The notes below the pieces were generated by a model that saw nothing but the letters and a program-made list of their open reading frames with translations, was not told the origin of the DNA and searched no databases. A stretch of DNA of 56,426 bases from Minisyncoccota bacterium (GTDB lineage: Bacteria; Patescibacteriota; Minisyncoccia; Minisyncoccales; JAQTVQ01): positions 1 through 56,426 of the forward strand of contig JBAZHV010000002.1 of assembly GCA_041652155.1 (NCBI GenBank). Reading direction: 5' to 3'. Positions 7,855 to 17,255 of this stretch are shown here, in pieces. Every line of letters starts with the position of its first letter. The stretch's first letter is position 1. Both the position numbers and the translations under genes were made by a program.

Positions 7855-9663
7855 CTATGAAGAAGTGAATATCTTCACAAATACTTCCGGCGGAATCCTT
7901 AGCTGGCCTCTTGATTTAAGTTTCTCTTTGCCTTTCTTTTGCTGTTCCAAAAGTTTCTTCTTGCGGGTATAGTCTCCGCCGTAAAGCGGTGCGATCACAT
8001 CTCTCCTCTTGGCTCCCTTGTCGCCGCGGGCGACAATCCTTCCCCCGACCTGCGCCTGAATGGAAACGGCAAACATCTGCGCCGGCAAAACCTCTTCCAG
8101 CATCTCCACCATTCTCTTCCCTTCGTAATGGGCTTTTTCTTTTGGCACGATGCGCGACAGCGCTTCTTCCTTTTTACCCGAGATCAATATTTCCATTTTT
8201 ACCAATTCTCCCGGCTGGTAGCCGATCTCTTTGTAGGACAAAGAAGCGAAACCCTGGCTGTTGTTCAACAAGCGTTCGTAAAAACTGCCGATCAAATTTC
8301 TCATTGGCAGGTTATAGGTCAAAACGTATTTTTCTCCGATAAAAGGCGTTGAATCGATATGTATTCCTTCAAAAGTTCTTAACAACTCATAGATATTCCC
8401 GAGATACTGATTAGGCGTGATTATTTTTATTTCCGCCCAAGGCTCCATGACCGTTCTGGGGTTTTCCGGAAATTCGGTCGGACTGAAGATCATCGATTCC
8501 TCTCCGGTAGAGCTGACTATTTTATAGGAAACTTGCGGGGCTCCTATCACCAGGTTCAGATCGAATTCCCTTTTCAGCCTTTCAATGGTTATCTCTCCGT
8601 GCAATGTCCCCAAAAATCCGCACAAAAATCCCCGGCCCAAAACCTGATAAGTTTGCGGCTGGAAAAAAAGAGCCGAATCACTGAGTTTAAGTTTGGAAAA
8701 AGCAATGCGCAAAAGTTCAAAGTCAGCCTGGTTTTCCGGACAGATAAAAACAAAAACTTTGGGTTTGGCTTCTTGGTAGCCGGGCAAAGGTTCCACTTTA
8801 ACGACTTCCTCATCCGGGCCGTAAGCTTTGGCGATAGTATCTCCGATGTGGACCGATTCCAGCTCTTTGATGCCGGTGGCGATATAACCGATCTCGCCGG
8901 ATTTCAACTCCTGCGCCGGTACCAGATTAGGCTTAAAGAACCCCAGCTCTTTCACCTCTCCTCTGGCATTGGTCGCGAAAAGCGAGAATTTTTCTCCCTT
9001 TCTGATACTGCCATCGACGACGCGGATATAAGCCAAAACTCCCAAGAACGGATCGAACTTAGAATCGAAGATCAAGGCGCGGAAAGGTTTTTCCGGGGCC
9101 AATTTCGGCGGGGGCACTTTGGCGATCACTATCCTTAAAAGTTTTTCCACGTTGAGACCGGTCTTGGCCGATATCAGGATGACCTCCTCTTCAGGGACAT
9201 CAAGCAAAGTAGCCAGCTCTTTTCGATTCTCTTCTGTCTGCGCCTGCGGCAGATCCACCTTATTAAGAACGGGAATGATGGTCAGCCCTTCGCTTCTGGC
9301 CATCTCCAAATTGGACAAGGTCTGAGCCTGTATTCCTTTGGTCACGTCAACCAGCAAAATAGCTCCTTCGACGGCAGCCATACATCTGGAAACTTCGTAA
9401 GAGAAATCAACATGTCCGGGAGTATCGATCAAGTTCAGGTTATACTCTACATCCGAATCGGAAAGCTTGTATTTCATCGAAACCGGCTTCATTTTGATCG
9501 TGATCCCCTTTTCTTTTTCCAGGTCCATCGAATCCAAAAACTGGGGCGTAAGTTTATTGCCGCTTACGGTTCCGGTCATTTCCAAAAGCCTGTCCCCTAA
9601 AGTGGATTTACCGTGGTCGATATGGGCGATAATATTGAAATTCCTAATTTGTTTTTCTTCCAT
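7855..9663 (-). CDS. lepA: Translation elongation factor 4 (LepA)
   Basis: IRNFNIIAHIDHGKSTLGDRLLE G-domain and full-length LepA architecture. Confidence 0.95.
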   Translation of the reverse strand: MEEKQIRNFNIIAHIDHGKSTLGDRLLEMTGTVSGNKLTPQFLDSMDLEKEKGITIKMKPVSMKYKLSDSDVEYNLNLIDTPGHVDFSYEVSRCMAAVEGAILLVDVTKGIQAQTLSNLEMARSEGLTIIPVLNKVDLPQAQTEENRKELATLLDVPEEEVILISAKTGLNVEKLLRIVIAKVPPPKLAPEKPFRALIFDSKFDPFLGVLAYIRVVDGSIRKGEKFSLFATNARGEVKELGFFKPNLVPAQELKSGEIGYIATGIKELESVHIGDTIAKAYGPDEEVVKVEPLPGYQEAKPKVFVFICPENQADFELLRIAFSKLKLSDSALFFQPQTYQVLGRGFLCGFLGTLHGEITIERLKREFDLNLVIGAPQVSYKIVSSTGEESMIFSPTEFPENPRTVMEPWAEIKIITPNQYLGNIYELLRTFEGIHIDSTPFIGEKYVLTYNLPMRNLIGSFYERLLNNSQGFASLSYKEIGYQPGELVKMEILISGKKEEALSRIVPKEKAHYEGKRMVEMLEEVLPAQMFAVSIQAQVGGRIVARGDKGAKRRDVIAPLYGGDYTRKKKLLEQQKKGKEKLKSRGQLRIPPEVFVKIFTSS

Positions 9664-11299
9664 AGAGCTTGAAACGGCTTAAAATGCTTGAAATAAAGGT
9701 CTTGGCTTCCGGCGAATTGAAGAATATCGTTATACAAAAGTATAGCAGAAAACCAAACCCTCCAACAACTGCGTCCTGCCAAAAGCTCCCCAAAAATCCG
9801 GACCCGAAAAAGACGGCTAATTTCGGCAACGAATAATAGCCAAAAACGAAAAGCACAAAGGCCGCCGGCAGCATTTTTGCAAAAGACCCCCCTATTTCCT
9901 TAATGCCGAAATCGCCGATCTTTCGATAAAGGGAAAACATAAAAAGGAAGAACTGGAATATCAAGGCTATTAAAAACGCTAGGCACAATGACAGCATCTG
10001 CAAACTGGGCGACGGTTCAAAACCGAAGATGCTTCCAAGGAACGAAGAAAACGCGTTGGCTTTTCCGGCCAAAGCGACGAAGCCGGCGGCCAAGGCGATG
10101 TTGACGGCCATGAATAAAGCCGACAGGATCACCGGCGTTTTGGTGTCTTTGACGCTGAAAAATCCCCTCAAGATCAACGGCATCAGGCACTGGGGCAAGA
10201 TCGCCAGAGAATAAATTCCCAAGCAAGCCGAGGTCAGAGCGGCATCCCTCATGCCGAACTTGCCGGACTGCAAAAGGAATCCCACTATCGGATCTTTCAG
10301 AAGATAAAATAATATTCCGATCGGCAAAGAGATATAAAGAACCTGGCGGAAAGCCGTGGAAAAATTTTTATAAAATTCTTCTTTCTTTCCGTCTGTCCAA
10401 TTTTGGGAAAGCGAAGGAAAGGCGGCCATTGCCAAAGAGACCCCGAAGATGCCTATCGGGAAAAAAGAAAGGTTGTAGGAGAGCTTGAATATCGCCACCG
10501 CTCCCGCGCTGATGCCGGAAGCGACAGCCGTGATCGCCATAAAATTTATCTGGTTCAGAGAGGCGGCCACAGAGCGGAAGAATGTCAAATTAAGTATTTT
10601 AAAAACCGCCGGATGCTTGAGGTCGAAAAGAGGGCGGTATTTGAAACCGCATTTTGAAGCGGCGGGAACCTGAATAAGCAAATGAGCGGCCGCGCCGATG
10701 ACAACTCCCAAACCCGCTCCGAAGATGCCGAATTTAGGCGCCAAGAATATCACTCCCAAAATTATGCCCAAGTTATAGAGCAATGGAGCCAGAGAGTAAG
10801 CCAAAAATCTGTTGAAATACTGCAAAATCGAAGAGAGGAAAGAAGACAGCCCGAAAATTATCGGGCTCAAAAGCATCAGCCTGGTCAGGGCAACCGTTTT
10901 GGATTGCGCCGCCGGATCAAAACCGGGAGCGATCAGATGGATGAACTGCGGGGCGAAAAGAAAAAGAACCCCGGATATCGCCAAAGTGAAAACCAAAAAA
11001 GCGTTCAAAACATAATTGGCCATCTCCCATGCTTCCTCCTTGTTTTTCGTGTAATGGTCGGAAAAAACAGGCAAGAAAGCAACGACGATGCTCCCGGCAA
11101 AAATGATATTATAAACAAAATCCGGCACGCTGAAAGCGGCATAATAGATGCTAAGGTCCAGACCGGCGCCGAAGGTTTTAACCAGGATCCTGTCGCGCAA
11201 AATGCCCAAAAGTTGGCTGAAAAATACAGCAACGGCCAAAATTATCGCAGCCTGGTTCACGCTTTTAGACTTGGAATTCAAAATTTTTCTGATAGGCAT
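9644..11299 (-). CDS. murJ: Lipid II flippase MurJ/MviN
   Basis: Polytopic membrane protein with the LLGILRDRILVKTFGAG N-terminal signature. Confidence 0.85.
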   Translation of the reverse strand: MPIRKILNSKSKSVNQAAIILAVAVFFSQLLGILRDRILVKTFGAGLDLSIYYAAFSVPDFVYNIIFAGSIVVAFLPVFSDHYTKNKEEAWEMANYVLNAFLVFTLAISGVLFLFAPQFIHLIAPGFDPAAQSKTVALTRLMLLSPIIFGLSSFLSSILQYFNRFLAYSLAPLLYNLGIILGVIFLAPKFGIFGAGLGVVIGAAAHLLIQVPAASKCGFKYRPLFDLKHPAVFKILNLTFFRSVAASLNQINFMAITAVASGISAGAVAIFKLSYNLSFFPIGIFGVSLAMAAFPSLSQNWTDGKKEEFYKNFSTAFRQVLYISLPIGILFYLLKDPIVGFLLQSGKFGMRDAALTSACLGIYSLAILPQCLMPLILRGFFSVKDTKTPVILSALFMAVNIALAAGFVALAGKANAFSSFLGSIFGFEPSPSLQMLSLCLAFLIALIFQFFLFMFSLYRKIGDFGIKEIGGSFAKMLPAAFVLFVFGYYSLPKLAVFFGSGFLGSFWQDAVVGGFGFLLYFCITIFFNSPEAKTFISSILSRFKLYGRKTN

Positions 11300-11355
11300 A
11301 AGGCTCGCTCATTTTAGCCTTTTTGAGGCCAAAAAAAAAGCTTTTAGATTAGCTC

Positions 11356-11383
11356 TTGACAATTATATCTAATTAGATATAAT
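11356..11383 (+). promoter_or_regulatory. Near-consensus sigma70-type promoter (ttgaca, 16 nt, tataat) overlapped by the perfect 18-bp palindrome tatatctaattagatata (11364-11381)
   Basis: Read directly. It lies 23 nt upstream of the toxin gene start. Confidence 0.6.
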
Positions 11384-11405
11384 AAGAACAACCAAATCTT
11401 AAAAC

Positions 11406-11804
11406 ATGGATGTAGTATATTATTACGATGAAAAATCAAGCTCTTGCCCCGTCAGAGAATACCTTAATCAATATTCCAAAGATACTAAACTTATCATCGA
11501 TATAAGGCAAAGAATTAAGGTCGTAAAAGAAAGAGACGGGAGACCAACGCCGCCGCTAACGAAACCTTTGCGGGGCTATTCTTTCTATGAGTTTAGGCAT
11601 AGATATTCCGCTAAGAATGCCTTGATTAGAATTCTTTATTTTTGCTATAAAGATAAAATAGTTTTATTAAACGTCTTCGAAAAACCTGATCATTATGAGA
11701 CAAACTTTGTAAGGAAGAAGATAAAAAAGCATTACGATATAACAGAAACATATTTTCAAAAATTTTTATCTAACCCGAAATTATATGAAGAATACAAAGA
11801 ATAA
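11406..11804 (+). CDS. RelE/ParE-superfamily toxin (Gp49/HigB-like)
   Basis: CPVREYLNQ...LRGYSFYEFRHRY...IRILYFCYKDKIVLLNVFEK matches the Gp49-like pattern. The gene overlaps the downstream HTH gene by 20 nt. Confidence 0.7.
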   Translation: MDVVYYYDEKSSSCPVREYLNQYSKDTKLIIDIRQRIKVVKERDGRPTPPLTKPLRGYSFYEFRHRYSAKNALIRILYFCYKDKIVLLNVFEKPDHYETNFVRKKIKKHYDITETYFQKFLSNPKLYEEYKE

Positions 11805-12174
11805 AAAAAATAATTTAGACCCTATAGTGGAGGCTGGGAAAAGGAAGAAGGCAAATATATATTCCGATGAAGCTGATATCAGATTAAAATTGGCGATCGA
11901 AATTTATAATGCCAGAGAGTCTAAAAAATTAAGCCAGCAAAAACTGGCTAAAATGGCTTACACCACGCAGAAAATAATATCGAATATAGAAAATGGCGAC
12001 GTAAATATAGGGATAGATCTGTTGAATAGATTGTCTAAAAGCCTCGAATTCACATCTGGAACATTAGGCAGGATATTCAATACTCCCGTCCCCTATTATT
12101 TTATTCAAGAAGCAGGAACATTCAAAATAAAAATCGAGAAACAAACTGGATCGGACGTATTTATCAAAATATAA
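11785..12174 (+). CDS. XRE-family HTH antitoxin (HigA-like)
   Basis: LSQQKLAKMAYTTQKIISNIENGDVNIGIDLL is an HTH_3 motif. Confidence 0.7.
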   Translation: MKNTKNKKNNLDPIVEAGKRKKANIYSDEADIRLKLAIEIYNARESKKLSQQKLAKMAYTTQKIISNIENGDVNIGIDLLNRLSKSLEFTSGTLGRIFNTPVPYYFIQEAGTFKIKIEKQTGSDVFIKI

Positions 12175-12194
12175 ATAAAATTAAAACCAATAAT

Positions 12195-12629
12195 ATGAAC
12201 CACATCTGGTCTATTCTATGCCAAAACTCTTCCGTAGATGAAGAGACTAAGTCACTAAGCATTTTTAACTGCCTGGAGCAGGGAGAAATTACAATAAAAA
12301 AAGACGACTTAGAAAAGAGGGACAGGATTATAATCCCGATAGCATTTGAGCTGATCAGCCTTTGGACAGTTGACGAGCAAGATAAAGATAATAAGCTGGA
12401 AATAAAGATCGAATTATTGGATCCTGACGGCAGCTTATTAAATAGTTCTGAAAATATCTTCGACGTCAAAGAAAATTTTCCGAGGCTTAGAAGCAGAATA
12501 AAATTGAATGGACTGTCTGTCACGAAAAATGGAAGATATACCTTTAAGGTTTCCCAAAAAGACCAAGTCCAAAAAAAATTTAAAACAGTTGCCAATATTC
12601 CTCTGGATATCAAATTGCAATATACATAG
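12195..12629 (+). CDS. Hypothetical protein, third gene of the toxin-antitoxin transcription unit
   Basis: Clean 144-aa ORF starting 20 nt after the antitoxin gene and followed by a terminator. No motif was recognised. Confidence 0.55.
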   Translation: MNHIWSILCQNSSVDEETKSLSIFNCLEQGEITIKKDDLEKRDRIIIPIAFELISLWTVDEQDKDNKLEIKIELLDPDGSLLNSSENIFDVKENFPRLRSRIKLNGLSVTKNGRYTFKVSQKDQVQKKFKTVANIPLDIKLQYT

Positions 12630-12645
12630 ATATAGACAGCTATTT

Positions 12646-12672
12646 AAAAAGACTGCCCGAAGCAGTCTTTTT
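12646..12672 (+). terminator. Intrinsic terminator (aaaaagactgc-ccgaa-gcagtcttttt)
   Basis: GC stem with a T run directly after the stop of the 12195-12629 gene. Confidence 0.65.
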
Positions 12673-12683
12673 AATTTACAAAA

Positions 12684-13101
12684 ATGCCAAGCAGGTAATA
12701 AGCCGAATTCTGTATCACCACGCCGTAGCTTCAGCGAAGGCGGGTATTACCCCGATATCGTTAAAGCGGCGGGTACTAGCGATCATCAATCTTGGCCTGG
12801 AATTACTCCCAGGCTCCAGCGAGCTACTTTTCTTTGAACGCTTGCGCGTTCAAGTTTGCTCTTGCATCCGGGCAAGGATTTTGCCGTTGCACCCCCCATA
12901 TCGCTATGGGAATATCCTCGAGAAATTCCCGAGGCTGCCGAGCCTTGCGGCTAAGCACGTCACTGTTCGCACCTCTATCCTCGCGGACGAAGGGGGTTAC
13001 CCTCTGCCTGTAATCCGGCCCCGAAGGATCGGAATGGATGTTCGGACTTTCCTCCCCGTTCCCCTTGCGGAAAACGGAGCGATCGCCTGCCTGCTTGGCT
13101 T
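12684..13101 (-). ncRNA. rnpB: RNase P RNA, bacterial type A
   Basis: On the minus strand, GGAGGAAAGTCCGAAC (13055-13040) is the P4 5' strand and ACAGAATTCGGCTTA (12713-12699) is the P4 3' strand. P1 pairs gccaagcagg (13099-13090) with cctgcttggc (12695-12686). A GGGTGCAACGGCAAA element is also present. Confidence 0.9.
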
Positions 13102-13136
13102 TTGAATTATAAACCAGAAGAAACGATTTATCAAGC

Positions 13137-13168
13137 AAAAGTGGGCAAGGTGTCACCTTGCCCACTTT
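13137..13168. repeat. 32-nt hairpin element aaaagtgggcaaggtgtcaccttgcccacttt, copy 1. It is probably the terminator of the CarS-like gene.
   Basis: 10-bp stem flanked by A and T runs. An identical copy lies at 27221-27252. Confidence 0.75.
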
Positions 13169-13178
13169 TGCTGCCTGA

Positions 13179-13748
13179 TCACCACTTCGCCTTGTGTATC
13201 CCCAGCTCGTAGCCGATCCTGTTCGCCGCCAGATGGATGAAAAAGGTCGCGATGAACAAGGTCAGCCAAACTGTCAGGCCGAGGTGCAGATAGGGCTCGA
13301 CGAAAATATAATTGCCTATAACGTAGTTGGTTTGGTCCCAGGGTATGAACTTCCCCCCCGGCTTGATATCCAGCCTGCGCTTGATGAAAGCCGACGCCAG
13401 ATCCCCGGTCATCACGCTGGCCGACATCAAAAATCCCAGCAATAGAATATTATGTTTGCCGTAATCTATGAGAGAAACATTTCTGAATGTTTCAAAATTG
13501 GCGGCCAGCCAGCTTTGAGCCGTTATCACCGCCATTCCCGTAATGATCGCGCTTGCCACTCCCCTCCAAGTTTTGTGGCTGCCGAACAAGTAGTGATTCT
13601 TCAGCTTCAATCCGCCGTCGACGGGAGCGTTGAGATCTTTGAAAATTCTTGCCGCCAAAGGAGGAACCATATTGGCAAGATAGGCGGGAAGGAAAAAATA
13701 AAGACAGGTAAAAACAAATTGCGAAAAGTTGATTATATCAAACATCAA
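13179..13748 (-). CDS. CDP-archaeol synthase-like (CarS/DUF46) CTP-transferase membrane protein
   Basis: Polytopic 189-aa protein with FGSHKTWRGVASAIITG and DLASAFIKRRL motifs. Confidence 0.6.
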   Translation of the reverse strand: MMFDIINFSQFVFTCLYFFLPAYLANMVPPLAARIFKDLNAPVDGGLKLKNHYLFGSHKTWRGVASAIITGMAVITAQSWLAANFETFRNVSLIDYGKHNILLLGFLMSASVMTGDLASAFIKRRLDIKPGGKFIPWDQTNYVIGNYIFVEPYLHLGLTVWLTLFIATFFIHLAANRIGYELGIHKAKW

Positions 13749-13816
13749 TGGTCTACCTGTTAATTTTTAAAATTTAACCGCGCCGTATGGCGTTTGCAGA
13801 AAAACCGGATATCTTT

Positions 13817-14356
13817 TTATTTATCCAGCCTTTTGATCTCCTCTTCCAATTCTTTGAAAAGGTGCTTTGCCTCTTTCAAATCTAATTTGTAGTTCTTGTC
13901 CGATACGATCTCATTGCGCAGGCTCGCCAAGCGCGAAAGTTCGGACTCGTCGAAAGGACTGTCGTGGCCGGGCCTGATCGAAACCAATTGATCGGCCAGG
14001 TTCTCTTTCTCCCAGCCCATTTTAGCCAAAAGATCCGAGAACAACGTTTCGGCTTCTATCACGGCGAGTTTGTATTCCGGTTCGGAATCGCTCTTTAAAA
14101 GATCGCATATTTTTTTCCAAGCTTTCTGGACTTTGCCGTCGACGGCTTTGCCGTGATCGTTCCTGTTGTAATCCCGAGCGTCGGCAATGGTTTTTCTCTG
14201 TTTGGCGAGAAGCCCGCCCTCTTTGTAAACGAAATAGCAAAAAGCTCCGAAAAGAACGATAGAAACCATAATGAAGCCCAACTCCACGGGGAAAAGGAAC
14301 ATCTGAACTTCTCTGGACTGCAATTGGTCGATAAGTTCTTTGAAAGCTGTTTCCAT
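13817..14356 (-). CDS. Hypothetical membrane-anchored protein
   Basis: One TM helix (FLFPVELGFIMVSIVLFGAFCYFVY) followed by a charged helical region. Confidence 0.55.
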   Translation of the reverse strand: METAFKELIDQLQSREVQMFLFPVELGFIMVSIVLFGAFCYFVYKEGGLLAKQRKTIADARDYNRNDHGKAVDGKVQKAWKKICDLLKSDSEPEYKLAVIEAETLFSDLLAKMGWEKENLADQLVSIRPGHDSPFDESELSRLASLRNEIVSDKNYKLDLKEAKHLFKELEEEIKRLDK

Positions 14357-14361
14357 ATTTT

Positions 14362-15792
14362 TTATAAAGACTTTTCAAAAGCCGAAGCGGCTTGGAACAT
14401 TTTATCTTCGCGGAAAGGTTTGGCGATCAGTTGCATCCCCACGGGAAGGCCGTTGACCCAGCCGGCAGGCAAAGATAGCCCGCCCACGCCGGCCAAATTG
14501 ATAGAGATGGTGTAGATATCGGAAAGATACATCGAAAGCGGATCGTCCATCTTTTCTCCGATCTTGAAAGGCAAGGTCGGCGACACCGGGGTCAAAAGGA
14601 TATCGGCTTGCGAAAGAGCATTGTCAAAATCATTTTTTATCAAAGTCCTGACCTTCTGCGCCCTCTTGTAATAAGCGTCGTAATATCCCGAAGACAACAC
14701 GTAGGTGCCGAGCATTATTCTGCGCTTCACTTCGCTGCCGAAATATTTCTCGCGGCTCTTAACGTAAACCTCGAGAAGGGTTTTGGCATCGGGATCGTTA
14801 ACTTCGGACGAGCCGTATTTTATGCCGTCGTATCTGGCCAAATTGGCGCTAGCTTCGGCGGTGGCGATGATGTAATAACAAGGCAAAGCATACTCGGTAT
14901 GAGGCAAACTGACCTCGACGATCTTGGCTCCCATATCTTCGTATTTTTTGATAGCCTCTCTGATGACCTTCTCAACATCCTTGTCCATGCCTTCGATAAA
15001 ATATTCTTTAGGAATGCCGATCCTCAAATTTTTAAGATCAAGCTCCTCAATTTGAGTGGGAGTGTCCAAAGAAGTGGAATCAAGAGGGTCTTGTCCCTTG
15101 ATGGCGTTGTAAACCAACCCGCAATCGGCGGAATTTTTGCCGAAGCATCCTACCTGGTCGAGAGAGGAAGCGTAAGACATCACTCCGTAGCGGGAAACAG
15201 CTCCATAGGTCGGCTTCAATCCGGCCACTCCGCAAAAAGATGCGGGCTGTCTGATCGAACCGCCGGTATCCGAACCCAAAGCAAATTTGCAAAAATCAGC
15301 AGCCGTGGCGGCGGCCGATCCTCCGGAAGATCCTCCCGGCACGCGGCTTGTGTCTCTTGGGTTTTTAGTGGTAAAAAATGCCGAATTTTCGGTGGAAGAC
15401 CCCATCGCGAATTCGTCCATATTGGTCTTGCCCAAAATGACCGCTCCCTGGTCTTTCAATTTTTTGATGACCGTCGCGTCGTAAGGCGCGACGTAATTCT
15501 CCAGGATCTTCGTGCCGGAAGTGCATTTGATCCCGTCAACAAGGATATTGTCTTTGATGGCGCAGGGAATTCCCGCGAGCATCGGAACCTCTTCGTTGCC
15601 TTTGGCGATCAGTTCATCGGCCAGTTTGGCCTGCTTCAAGGCCAGATCTTCGGTCACGGTTATAAAGGCGTTTATTTTTTGGTCCTCTTTTTTGATCTTG
15701 GCCAGAAAAAATTCGGCCAATTCCACGGCGGAAAAATCTTTGTTGACCAAACCCTGATGAAGTTGTTCGATAGAAAATTTTTCTGGTTCCAT
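14362..15792 (-). CDS. gatA: Asp/Glu-tRNA amidotransferase subunit A
   Basis: Amidase signature [13 protein letters not shown]...[16 protein letters not shown]. Confidence 0.95.
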   Translation of the reverse strand: MEPEKFSIEQLHQGLVNKDFSAVELAEFFLAKIKKEDQKINAFITVTEDLALKQAKLADELIAKGNEEVPMLAGIPCAIKDNILVDGIKCTSGTKILENYVAPYDATVIKKLKDQGAVILGKTNMDEFAMGSSTENSAFFTTKNPRDTSRVPGGSSGGSAAATAADFCKFALGSDTGGSIRQPASFCGVAGLKPTYGAVSRYGVMSYASSLDQVGCFGKNSADCGLVYNAIKGQDPLDSTSLDTPTQIEELDLKNLRIGIPKEYFIEGMDKDVEKVIREAIKKYEDMGAKIVEVSLPHTEYALPCYYIIATAEASANLARYDGIKYGSSEVNDPDAKTLLEVYVKSREKYFGSEVKRRIMLGTYVLSSGYYDAYYKRAQKVRTLIKNDFDNALSQADILLTPVSPTLPFKIGEKMDDPLSMYLSDIYTISINLAGVGGLSLPAGWVNGLPVGMQLIAKPFREDKMFQAASAFEKSL

Positions 15793-15793
15793 A

Positions 15794-16087
15794 TTAAAAA
15801 ACAGATTTTGACTTTAAATAATCGCCTTGCGTTTGCGGGGCGGCATCCAAAAGTTTTTTTGGATCGTCCAGCTTCGTTCCCTGCTCCTCTGAAGAATCCT
15901 GGCGATAGACATTGGCCAGCTTGACCGAATGGGCCATCGGCTCGACCCCGTCAACGTTGACCTTTTTTAAATTTTCCACGTATTCCAAAATGGCGGAAAA
16001 ATCTTTTTGAAATTTTTCCAGCTCTTTTTCGGAAAGGTCCAATCGGGCCAGTTTGGCGATATGTTTTATTTCTTCTGCTGATATCAT
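15794..16087 (-). CDS. gatC: Asp/Glu-tRNA amidotransferase subunit C
   Basis: [20 protein letters not shown] motif and position directly upstream of gatA. Confidence 0.85.
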   Translation of the reverse strand: MISAEEIKHIAKLARLDLSEKELEKFQKDFSAILEYVENLKKVNVDGVEPMAHSVKLANVYRQDSSEEQGTKLDDPKKLLDAAPQTQGDYLKSKSVF

Positions 16088-16090
16088 AGT

Positions 16091-17194
16091 CTAAAAAAAC
16101 TTTGGCGGTTCCAGCTCTTCTATCTCCACCAAAACATTATAAAATTCATCTAAATTCTCCAAGACCACTCCGGCTCCCCGAACCACGGACGTCATCGGAT
16201 CTTCGATGATCGTTGTCGGGATCTTGGTCTCTTTGGAGATCAATTTATCCAGGCCGCGCAATAACGCTCCGCCTCCGGACAAATAAATTCCTTTTTTCAT
16301 TATGTCCGATATAAGCTCCGGCGGGGTCAGCTCTATGGTCTCTTTGACCTGCACGACTATCTGCCGGACCGATTTTTCCAAAGCCTTGCGGACGTTAGCC
16401 TGGGTAATGACAACCTCTTCGGGCAGTCCGGTCACCAAATTTCTCCCGCGCATGGATATTTCTTTGGCAACGGCCTTTCCGTTATTGTTCGAGACAACGG
16501 GATCGCTGTAAACCGAACCGATGCTGATCTTTATATGCTCGGCGGTCCTGGGACCGATCAAAAGCTTGTATTCCTCCTGCGCGAAGTTGACTATATCTTC
16601 ATCGAGCCTGTTGCCGGCAACTCTCAAACTCTTTGAAACCACTATCCCTCCCAAGGATATCGCGGCCACTTCGGCGGTGCCTCCGCCGATATCAACCACG
16701 AAATTGCCTGAAGCATCCTGGACCGGCAAATGGGCGCCGATGGCGGCGGCCATCGGTTCCTCTATCAAAAAGACCTCTCTGGCTCCGGCTGCTTTGGCCG
16801 CGTCTTTTACCGCTTTCTTTTCAACTTCGGTGACTCCGCAAGGAACTCCGATCACGGCGCGGGTGAAAGGCGCCACCATCCCTTTACCGCTCTTGCGGCT
16901 GCGTTCGATGAGATATCTCAACATTTGTTCCGTCACTTCGAAATCGGAAATAACGCCTCCGACCAAAGGATGGCTGGCGACGATGTGGCCGGGAGTGCGC
17001 CCGACCATTTTCTCGGCTTCTTTGCCTACCGCCAAAACCTGCCCTGTCTTTTTGTTCACGGCGACCACCGACGGTTCGCTTAAAATGATGCCTCTGCCTT
17101 TAACATAGACCAAACAATTGGCCGTGCCTAAGTCGATAGCAATATCGTGAAAAAATTTTCCTCTGATCGAATTGAACATTTTGGAGTTGAACAT
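16091..17194 (-). CDS. mreB: Actin-like rod-shape protein MreB (copy 1)
   Basis: IAIDLGTANCLVYVKGRGI, VVDIGGGTAEVA and LSGGGALLRGLD motifs. Confidence 0.9.
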   Translation of the reverse strand: MFNSKMFNSIRGKFFHDIAIDLGTANCLVYVKGRGIILSEPSVVAVNKKTGQVLAVGKEAEKMVGRTPGHIVASHPLVGGVISDFEVTEQMLRYLIERSRKSGKGMVAPFTRAVIGVPCGVTEVEKKAVKDAAKAAGAREVFLIEEPMAAAIGAHLPVQDASGNFVVDIGGGTAEVAAISLGGIVVSKSLRVAGNRLDEDIVNFAQEEYKLLIGPRTAEHIKISIGSVYSDPVVSNNNGKAVAKEISMRGRNLVTGLPEEVVITQANVRKALEKSVRQIVVQVKETIELTPPELISDIMKKGIYLSGGGALLRGLDKLISKETKIPTTIIEDPMTSVVRGAGVVLENLDEFYNVLVEIEELEPPKFF

Positions 17195-17255
17195 AATTGG
17201 TCTATTGTAACAAAGTTTCTTTTTCTTGTTAATAATCCTTTTCTCGCGCGGCGCG

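Noticed and set aside
10682-11317. 211-aa plus-strand ORF
   Set aside because: It is antisense to murJ and is a charged low-complexity translation.
14608-15924. 438-aa plus-strand ORF
   Set aside because: It is entirely antisense to the well-supported gatA and gatC genes. It is Arg/Gly/Ser-rich with no motifs, which is typical of a shadow ORF.
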